Shown in pieces: positions 9,485-17,807 of a stretch of 20,000 bases of DNA. Position 1 is the first letter of the stretch. The number at the start of each line of letters is the position of its first letter. A program made the position numbers and the translations under genes. Source of the stretch: Chiloscyllium plagiosum (lineage: Eukaryota); assembly GCF_004010195.1 (NCBI RefSeq), contig NC_057720.1, positions 6,157,797 to 6,177,796 of the forward strand. The letters run 5' to 3'. Below the pieces are notes generated by a model, which was not told where the DNA came from, searched no databases, and saw nothing but the letters and a program-made list of their open reading frames with translations.

Positions 9485-9929
9485 GTGGTTGCTGCCTCAT
9501 TTCTACCGTGTGTCTTTTTTAGTCCTTAACCCAAAGGTACTGCTGAAGACAAGAACAAAGAGGTGACACAAGTCCATTTCCCTGATACAGGATACTGATG
9601 AACTACTTAGATCCAATATCATATGTACCTATCACAGAACAGATGGCTTTCCTCACCTCAGTAGGAAACAATTCAATTCATGAATATGCAGTTGTTTTAT
9701 AATCCTTCGCGTGCCATGACTTATTTATATGCAGATTACCTGTGCCCCAGGCATGACACTTCCCTTGTCTCAATCCTCTTTGTCCAGAATGTTTCAGAGA
9801 TGCATGGTGGTTGGAAGATAAACTCAAGGCATTAACTTGCTGCTAATGACTCCACTACTGCAGATAATTCACCAGGTTCTAATGAATACATATAATTAGT
9901 AATGTGAAACTACAAATTCAAAGGCACTG

Positions 9930-10016
9930 CGAATTGGAGACTCACTCCTTAAACCACTCCATCTCCTTTTCATTCTTTAAAATTTCTTAAAATGAACCTC
10001 TTTGATTCAGCTTTCC
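9930..10016 (+). mobile_element. Possible ancient L2-type LINE or Deu-SINE 3' remnant
   Basis: ctcactccttaaaccactccatctcc...tttaaaatttcttaaaatgaacctcttt resembles L2 3' ends; recognised from memory only. Confidence 0.35.
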
Positions 10017-11221
10017 TTCACATGTGAATGCTTCCAACCTCATTGTCTGTGCACCCCAGACCGCCCGATTCTATCTCCTACTGAAGATTCACTAACCTGA
10101 CTTCCCTGGTCAACCCATTGTCTCAGCCTGCTCCTGTCCCACTGAACTCACCTCTGTATACCTTGACAATGTTTCCCTTAGTCCAGAAACTCCCTACCTA
10201 TGTTTGGGACATCACCAACACCCTTCACCTCTTCAAAGATTTTTGTTTCCCTGGCTCCCACCGCCTCATCTTCACCATGTATATCCAGTCCCTTTTCACA
10301 TCCATCGTCCATGAAGTCGGCCTCCAAGCCCTCCATTTCTCCCTCTCATGCTGTCCCAACCAGTACCCTTCCACCGACACCCTTATCCCCCTGGCTGAAC
10401 TGGTCCTCACCCTCAACAATTTCTCTTACCAATCCTCCCACTTCCTCCAAACCAAAGGGATAGCCATGGGCACCCACATGGGCCCCAGCTATGCCCGTCT
10501 CTTTGTCAGGTACGTGGGACATTCTATCTTCCATAGTTACACCCGCACCATTAACACCTTTCACCCTGACCTCAAATGTACCTGGACCATCTCGGACACC
10601 TCACTCCCCTTCCTGGACCTCTCCACCTCCATCTCCATCTCTGGTGACTGACTAACCACAGACATCTACTACAAGCCCACCAATTCCCACAGCTACCTAG
10701 ACTACACATCCTCCCACCCTATATCCTGTAAAAACACCATCCCTTATTCCCAATTCCTCCGTCTCCATGCATCTGTTCCCAGGATGACCAATTCGACCTC
10801 AGAAAGTCCCAGATGGCCTCTTTCTTCCAAGATCAAAATTTCCCTTCCCACGTGGTTGACGATGTCCTCCAGACAATCTCCTCACACCTCCGCCCTTGAA
10901 CCCCACCTCTCCCAATGCAACAAGGACAGAGCCCCCCGGTCCTCACCTTCCACTCCACCAACTTCCACATACATCGCATCATCTTCTGTTACTTCCACCA
11001 CCTACAAATGGACCCACCACCAAATATATTTATATATTTTTCCCTCCCTACCGCTATCAGTGCTCCACAGAGACCATTCCCTCCACGACTCTGTCATCAG
11101 ATCCATCACCCCTCCCCCACCCACCCCCACCCCTACCCCCCACACCAACCCACACCCCACTCTCAGCACCTTCCCCTGCCCCCGCAGCGAGTGCAAAACC
11201 TGCACCCCCACCACTCCCCTC

Positions 11222-11539
11222 NNNNNNNNNNNNNNNNNNNNNNNNNNNNNNNNNNNNNNNNNNNNNNNNNNNNNNNNNNNNNNNNNNNNNNNNNNNNNNN
11301 NNNNNNNNNNNNNNNNNNNNNNNNNNNNNNNNNNNNNNNNNNNNNNNNNNNNNNNNNNNNNNNNNNNNNNNNNNNNNNNNNNNNNNNNNNNNNNNNNNNN
11401 NNNNNNNNNNNNNNNNNNNNNNNNNNNNNNNNNNNNNNNNNNNNNNNNNNNNNNNNNNNNNNNNNNNNNNNNNNNNNNNNNNNNNNNNNNNNNNNNNNNN
11501 NNNNNNNNNNNNNNNNNNNNNNNNNNNNNNNNNNNNNNN
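11222..11539. other. Assembly gap (318 N)
   Basis: Run of N. Confidence 1.
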
Positions 11540-12220
11540 TCCGCAGAGACTATTCCCTCGCGACTCCCTTGTTAGGGACATGCCCCCCACCAGCCCACCC
11601 CCCACTCTCAGCACCTTCCCCTGCCACCGCAGGAAGTGCAAAACCTGCACCCACACCACTCCCCTCATCTCCGTCCAAGGGATCCTTCCACATCCATCAG
11701 AAATCTACCTGTACATCTACCAATGTCATCTACTGCATCTGTTGCACCTGATGTGGTCTCCTCTACATTGGGAGGCAGGATGCCAACTTGCGGATCATTT
11801 CAGATAACATTTCTGGGACACCCGCACTCCATTACCCCATGGCTGAACACTTCAACTCCTCCTCCCACTCCATCAAGGACATGTAGGTCCTGGGCCTCCT
11901 CCATCGCCAAACCATTACCACCCAACGCCTGGAGGAGGAACGCCTCATTTTCAGCCTTGGGACCCTGCAACCACACGTGATAAATGTGGATTTCGCCAGT
12001 TTCCTCATTTCCTCTCCCCCCCACATTATCCCTGTCCCAAGCCTCTAACTGAGCACCACCCTCCTGACTGTCTATCACCTTTCCCATCTATCTGCTCCAC
12101 CCTCCTCTCCGACTTATCACCTTCTCCCTCACCTTCATCTATCGATTGCATTCTCAACCACCTTGCTCCCAACCTCACCCCCTTCTCATTTATCTCGCAG
12201 CCCCTCAGCCCACAAACCTC

Positions 12221-12256
12221 ATTCCTGATGATGGGCTTATGCCCGGAAAGTCAATT
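12221..12256 (+). ncRNA. Hammerhead motif in the 3' pLTR of the long Penelope element (mutated GAAAC)
   Basis: AUUC-CUGAUGA-U-GGGC-UUAU-GCCC-GGAAA-GUC-AAUU. Confidence 0.55.
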
Positions 12257-12642
12257 CTCCTGCTCCTTAGATGCTGCCTGATTTGCTGTGCTTTTCCAGC
12301 ACCACACACTCGACTTTCATTCACCTGTCCCAACATCCTCCTTCAGGATTCAGTTGCAATATCGATCCAATAACATTCCTTCAGAGCATTTTGGGTTTCT
12401 TTTCTTGACTTGCTTTAAGATTCTATTTTACTGCTGCGCTGAGGTGAGTTCTAGACCAGGTTTTCCAATCTGAACTCATTGCTGGGATGTTGGGAGTGGG
12501 GGGTCCTTGCTCATTGAAACATAGGAAATCAGAGCAGGAATCAGAGCCATTCAGCCCCCAAGTCTGCTCCACCACTCAACAGGATCATGTCTGATCATCC
12601 AACTTAGTCCCCTGTTCTTGCTTTCTATCATATCCTTTTTGA

Positions 12643-12864
12643 AACTTTATTGCTGGAACAGCACAGCAGGTCAGGCAGCATCCAGGGAACAGGAGATTCG
12701 ACGTTTCGGGCACAGGCCCTTCTTCAGGAATGAGCAGAGAGTGTTCAGCAGGAGAAGATAAAAGGTAGGGAGGAGGGACTTGGAGGAGGGGCGTTGGAAA
12801 TGTGATAGGTGGAAAGAGGTCAAGGTGAGGGTGATAGGTTGGAGTAGGATGGAGGCGGAGAGGT
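12643..12864 (-). mobile_element. Young 5'-truncated Penelope-like 3' end (UTR + pLTR)
   Basis: pLTR with CpGs retained (ttcgacgtttcggg), AATAAA on the minus strand at ~12646-12651, and a purine-rich UTR like 3540-3700. Confidence 0.87.
12696..12731 (-). ncRNA. Best-preserved minimal type-I hammerhead ribozyme; predicted cleavage after GUC, between 12700 and 12699
   Basis: AUUC-CUGAAGA-A-GGGC-CUGU-GCCC-GAAAC-GUC-GAAU: perfect 4-bp stem I, perfect 4-bp stem II, full catalytic core and palindromic ACGU stem III. Confidence 0.8.
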
Positions 12865-13194
12865 TCCCTTTAGTCCTAAGAATTGTAAACATCTGCTTGA
12901 AAACTAATGTTTTGGCCTCAACTGCTTTCTGAGGTAGAGAATTTCCCAGGCTTTGAGTTCAGGAGGGCAGTAATAGCCCTGGCGTACTCTGGGACTACTG
13001 CCCAGTGATCTGAAGTCATGTTGGTGGTATCAGCACTTGGTACTACATTTGCCTATTTCATCCAGAAAAAGAAATGCTCAATATACAGCCTGTAGATAGT
13101 CATATCTTCAAAACTCAAGATAGGAATACACAAGGTAGGGACACCGTATCTAAATACATGTAGAGCCAGGCGGAATCTCCAACCGCAGGAACTG

Positions 13195-13451
13195 CACACT
13201 GAAGGAAGGGCGATATATTGCCAAGTCAGGATGTTGAATGGCTTGGAAGGGAACTTGCCCTCCAATACTGATGCCCAACAGCAGCAGCAGTGTGTACTAT
13301 CTACAGGGTGTAATGCAGAAATTCACCAAAGATGCTTAACCAGCGCCTTCTAAACCCATGATCCCTTCCATCTCGAAGGAGGAGGGCAGCAGATACATTG
13401 GAACACCATCGCCTGTTAATTCCCCTCCGAGTCACTCACTGTCCTGACTTG
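13195..13451. mobile_element. Degenerate LINE (CR1/L2 group) C-terminal fragments in inverted arrangement
   Basis: 13282-13451(+) reads AAVCTIY...HLPNP-like; 13221-13257 is an imperfect reverse complement of 13415-13451. Confidence 0.5.
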
Positions 13452-13477
13452 TGTTAAAAGGTTTTATGTTTTTCCCC

Positions 13478-13660
13478 TCTTACCTTAAACCTATGGCCTC
13501 TACTTTTGGACTCCCCCACCCCTGGGGAAAAGACCTTGGCTATTTACTCTATCCATGACCCTCATGATTTTATAAACCTCTATAAGGTCACCCCTCAGCC
13601 TCTGACGCTCCAGGGAAAATAGCCCTGGCCTATTCAGCCTCTCCCTGTAGCTCAAACCTC
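13478..13660 (-). mobile_element. CR1 fragment
   Basis: Closely matches the reverse complement of 4690-4860 (tataaacctctataaggtcacccctcagcctc). Confidence 0.88.
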
Positions 13661-13906
13661 ATCAGGGCAAGTGTGAGAATGCCAAGCTTTCAGTAGTAAC
13701 AATAATTTATACACGAGGGCAAAAGGGTGTTGTTTGCTTGGCTTGTCAGTTCTGATTGGTCAAGGCATTACCATGAAGAAAACATTTGATTGGATCTCCA
13801 AGCTCCTGCGCAATTCAGGGTATGAGGCTTGAACATATTCCTTTTGTTTGCAGAGAATAGCTCCCTGCCCATGTACGCATGCCACATCTTGCAAACTTTG
13901 ACATCA

Positions 13907-14084
13907 TATCTATAGCTCCAGAACTCAAATAATTCTCAAAAATTAAGTAAAGAACCATGGGGCTTGGATCGGCGCAACATCGAGGGCCCAAGGGCCTGTA
14001 CTGCGCTGTATTCTTCTATGTTCTATGTTCTATCTATAGCTCCAGAACTCAAATAATTCTCAAAAATTAAGTAAAGAACCATGG
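13907..14084 (+). repeat. Perfect 54-bp direct repeat (13907-13960 and 14031-14084)
   Basis: tatctatagctccagaactcaaataattctcaaaaattaagtaaagaaccatgg occurs twice, identically. Confidence 0.97.
13961..14030 (+). mobile_element. 70-bp, extremely 5'-truncated CR1 tail
   Basis: ggcgcaacatcgagggcccaagggcctgtactgcgctgta...(ttctatg)n; same 3' end family as 2120-2183. Confidence 0.88.
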
Positions 14085-14452
14085 ATGCTGCAAATCTAAA
14101 AGAAAGTCAGCAAGATCTAATAGTATCTGTGGGGAGGGGAAGCAGGGTTCATGCTTTCATGATGCCAGACCTGTAGTGTTTTGCCAGCAATTTCTGTCAT
14201 TATTTCAAATAATTCTGCTTGCTTCAAGACTCATACAATAGCGTCGTATTGACTAAAAGTTCTGCTGACTTGCCTTACTTGGAATTAAAAGAACACAATG
14301 GTACCAGAGGGTGGGAACAGTGCACAGGATTATTTCTTATCTCTCTACTGATCTGCTGGTACCTGTAAAACCCAGGGATGGGATAGTCAAGAAAGGAAAA
14401 AGCTGTTGCCTTCCCATTGGAGTTTAACCCATTCCAACAAGACAGGTACTTA

Positions 14453-14546
14453 GGTTGAAAATGGGGTGTTGGAAAAGCACAGCAGGTCAGGAAGCATCTG
14501 AGGAGAAGGAGAATTGACATTTCAGGCATAAGCCCTTCATCAGGAG
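14453..14546 (-). mobile_element. Solo Penelope pLTR copy with a hammerhead motif
   Basis: Minus strand CUGAUGA-A-GGGC-UUAU-GCCU-GAAAU-GUC followed by the usual ttctcctt...gacctgctgtgcttttcc. Confidence 0.85.
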
Positions 14547-14847
14547 CTCATGCCAGGCGTATGTTGGGCAGTTAACACTTTTGATATTAAAGGGGGGCTG
14601 CAATGGTTGTTCATGAGATTTTAGAAGCTGGATGTTTAACAAAGTTATGTTTAACATGGGCCTGTCACTTTAAGACCGGTGCTGGTCTGCTCCTTGTGTT
14701 AAAATGTATACATCCGAAAGTCAGGCAGAGATTAATTGTTCAGGGGAGATCTTGTAGGTTGTGGTTTGCTTGTAAATTGTCAGCATGTCTTCTTGTGGAA
14801 ATGCCAGTTTAGGAAGGTGGAAAAAACCCTCTTCTGGTTGGCACCAT

Positions 14848-15172
14848 GGGCTGGTGGCTCACTGGTTAGCATTGCTGCCTCACAGCACTAGATACCCAGG
14901 TTCGATTCTAGTCTTGGGCGACTGGCTGTGTGGCGTTTGTTCATTCTTCCCCGAGTCTGCGTTGATTTCCTCTGGGTGTTCTGGTTTCCTCCCACAGTCC
15001 AAAGATGTACAGGTTAGGTGAATTGGCCAGGCTAAATTGCCCATCGTGTTAAGGGATGTGTAGGTTCAGTGCATTAATCAGAGGTTAGGGTAGGGGAATG
15101 GGTCTCGGTGGGTTTCTCTTCGGAGGGTTGCTGGTCCAAAGGGCCTGCTTCCACGCGTTGGGATTCTATGAA
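14848..15172 (+). mobile_element. HE1-like tRNA-derived V-SINE
   Basis: tggtggctcactggttagc (A box), ggttcgattc (B box), V-domain-like core and an attctatga tail. Confidence 0.88.
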
Positions 15173-15204
15173 ATGATTTTAAATGTTTTGTCTAAGTTGT
15201 GAAA

Positions 15205-15506
15205 CAGATCGTTCTCCTATAAACGGGAAGTTGTGTTCCAGTAAAACCTTGTTTAATAGAAATAGTGGGGCCTATGGGAAAAGTGGGGTTGGGGCAGATC
15301 AGTAAAAAATATCACTTAGAAATCACCCAAACATAAAGTATAGCACAGCCTGAATGAAGATATAAATCATATTTATTAATGAAACAAAAGTAAATTTAAC
15401 ACCATATGGAGGTAAACGTTCTCAAAAATACCATTCTCAAATTCTTCAGCGACGCTACAGCCAAATCCCACTGCAGCAACAACAAGCATTATCCCAAAAC
15501 TACCTG
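15205..15506. mobile_element. Possible Tigger/pogo-type MITE, degenerate
   Basis: Left end cagatcgttctcctataa versus reverse complement of the right end caggtagttttgggataa (12/18 identical); AT-rich interior; no clean TA TSD. Confidence 0.4.
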
Positions 15507-15526
15507 TGGATAGAAGACTACACAAA

Positions 15527-15755
15527 CTCTCTCTCTCTCACACACTCACACTCACACTCACACTCTCTCTCACACACACACAGCACACAAACCCCTATGT
15601 TCACACATACCCATGCACAGATACACATTCACATTTGCTGCGCTTTTCCAGCATCTGCAGACCTCACTTTCTCCTCCTACACATTCACATACTCATACAT
15701 GCACATACTCAATGATATACTGAAATACACACATTTCATACTACATCTCAGCACA
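15527..15755. repeat. (CT)n/(CA)n-rich low-complexity tract with an embedded pLTR tail fragment (~15636-15677)
   Basis: Directly visible; gctgcgcttttccagcatctgcagacctcactttctcc matches the pLTR tail. Confidence 0.85.
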
Positions 15756-15835
15756 CTTATGTAAAATGTGACCAAAGAATAGAGACACAAACTAACCAAC
15801 TAATAAAATGGAATATGCTGGAAAAAGTCAATAAT

Positions 15836-15893
15836 CTGGTGCTGTGTAATATTTAACTTTGTACACCCCAGCCAACACCAACATCTCCAAATC
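15836..15893 (+). mobile_element. Terminal fragment of the second Penelope-type family
   Basis: ctggtgctgtgtaatatttaactttgtacaccccagccaacaccaacatctccaaatca is the reverse complement of 6637-6698-like sequence. Confidence 0.7.
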
Positions 15894-17349
15894 AAGTCTT
15901 CTTTTCTGTTTGATTTCCACATCTGCTATATTATACCTTTGGTTTTGAAAGCCCAATTCCAGTTGGTTTAATAAAACGGAGCGTTACTCTACTTGATAAG
16001 TAATGAACCATAAGTCAGAGCTGGGTCGTCTAAAGTCATGAAGCCTAATTGTTGTTAAGTAAACAGAGGGTCATCTGGATCAGAGCTTAATTGATTGTTA
16101 GATTGGAATGTTTTCAGGTGAGTGTCGGAAGGTATTTTAAATTTGTTTTGTGAAAAATGTAGTGTCCGGGGTGTGAAATGCAACATTCTGTATGTATTGA
16201 CATAATATTTTAATATGTTAATTGGTATAGATGGATAACAGTGTTAGTGTTTGAAAACTGCACGCTGCAGCAATGATTTAATAATTGTGGCTGGCAGAAA
16301 ATGTTGATGTGAGGCAGCCTGGCTAGAAGGCTGCTGTAATTAGTATGTATATGTACATGCCACACAATATGCTGAGCAATTTTAAAAGTCAAAAAGGTAC
16401 AGGTCTCAGAAATAATCCGCTGCAAATCAATAGAGTGTGGCATAAATTGGCTTAATGTACTTGACCAAACATTGAGGTTTCTGGAAAACTCCAGAGTGGC
16501 TGCTCTGCCGTGTCTAATGATTTCCAACATAACATTTCTCAATGAGATCATTCCTCATTAAAGGAATAAGTCATTAATTTATCAGATGATTTGATGCCTC
16601 TGTATTTTTCTGTAACACATTGACAGGATTTGATTCTATGCACAGCTCCTCAAGGGAACAGGTTGTTCAATGCCCAGTTGTTAAAGAGGGGAAAGGTGAG
16701 TGAAAGGGTTATGGTAATTAAACTATGCCTTAGAAATTATTCGGCGACTTGATGAAACTCAACCTTTTTGCTTTGAGTAGGTCACAGACCTCCTGTACAT
16801 CTTACACCACTAATGAGCGCCCTTCCTAATAACAGGTACAGAGCAACATCCTAATACCATTTGCCCGTCTCTCCCTTCCTAAGGACATGTCATCAAATAT
16901 TTAGAGATGTTCAGACCGGCGTTTGAGAAATCTAAATTTAGGATCAAGACACTGTAATCTCAGACTCCCCAAGTCATTGACTTTCTCTTCAGCTACAAGG
17001 ACTTAATTTGTATGTTGTATTTGTCAGTGAGGTTTACAGCTGACACATAATAAATTCATTTCTGGCTTTCTAGAGAGTGAGCTTTTATTTTAAATGGAGT
17101 GTCTTCTTTCTCGTTGATGTTACTAATTAGACATCCATCTTACAGGTTTAGCACAGAGAGAGACTCGAAAGTTACAAGTTGCTCAGTAACAGCGGGTGAG
17201 CTGGCATAGTACCCACTGAGGTTATCTCAATGCATTTTACAGACAGTTCAATATCTTTGAAATGTGGCCACTTTTGCAATGAAAGTTCAGCTGCTCCTTT
17301 GTGCACGGTAGCCACTACAAGCTTGTGACAATTACCAGATAACCTGCTT

Positions 17350-17807
17350 TGAATTGATTTGATTTGATTTATTGTTGTCACATGTACCTAAATATAGTGA
17401 AAGGTTTTGTTTTGTGAGCATTATAGGCAGATCATAGTAAATAAGAACATACAGATCATAGATTGCTTAGACAGAGTGAGGCATACAAGGTTACATCTGC
17501 ATGGGAGGTGCGCAAAAGCAAGGTCAACATTATTTGAAGTTAGAGAGTCCATTCAGCAGACTGATAACAGCGGGAAAGAAGCTGTTCCTGAACCTGTTGG
17601 TGTGTGTTCAAGCTTCTGTATCTTCTGTCTGACAGAAGAGGGTGGAAGAGAGCATTACCGGGGTGGGAGGGGTCTTTGATGATGTTAGCAGCCTTTCCGC
17701 GGCAATGAGCCGTGTGTATGGAGTCCATGGATGGGAGGTTGGCTTCCATAATGGTCTGGGCTATGCACACCACCTTCCATAGTTTCTTACAGTCCTGGGT
17801 ACAGCAA
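17350..17807 (-). mobile_element. Rex1/Babar-type LINE 3' end with (TCAAA)n tail
   Basis: ORF 17540..17773(-) AQTIMEANLPSMDSIH...KAANIIKDPSHPGNALFHPLLSDRRYRSL is the Rex1/Babar C-terminus; ttgatttgatttgatttatt at 17354-17373 is the polyA signal plus pentamer tail on the minus strand. Confidence 0.82.

Larger units (their letters stand above)
8693..9520. mobile_element. Inverted pair of terminal repeats of a fourth Penelope-type subfamily; left copy split by a SINE
   Basis: 8693-8789 plus 9113-9175 (minus) is an inverted copy of 9393-9500 (plus); both contain cagctctg(a/c)tgaag...gactcgaaac. Confidence 0.7.
10030..12317 (+). mobile_element. Penelope-like retroelement (RT + GIY-YIG endonuclease + 3' pLTR), degenerate and spanning an assembly gap
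   Basis: FTMYIQSLFTSI, LAELVLTLNNFSY...FLQTKGIAMGTHMGPSYA and LPFLDL (PLE RT); YYKPT...YLDYTSSHP (~10666); C-x2-C linker; NVIYCICCT*CGLLYIG (11722-11770, GIY-YIG); EERLIFSLGTLQP; pyrimidine-rich 3' UTR; pLTR at 12221-12317. Confidence 0.92.
12516..12952 (-). mobile_element. CR1 3' end split by a Penelope insertion (pieces 12516-12642 and 12865-12952)
   Basis: gaaacataggaaatcagagcagga...gccattcagccc and tccctttagtcc...ggcctcaactgctttctgaggtagagaattt read as consecutive parts of a reverse-complemented CR1 3' end. Confidence 0.75.

Noticed and set aside
10784..11807. Long ORFs of 203-303 aa around the gap
   Set aside because: They are open only because they run through 318 N and C-rich low-complexity Penelope sequence.
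16210..16551. 113-aa minus-strand ORF in unique DNA
   Set aside because: No recognisable domain or supporting splice structure; the length is compatible with chance.
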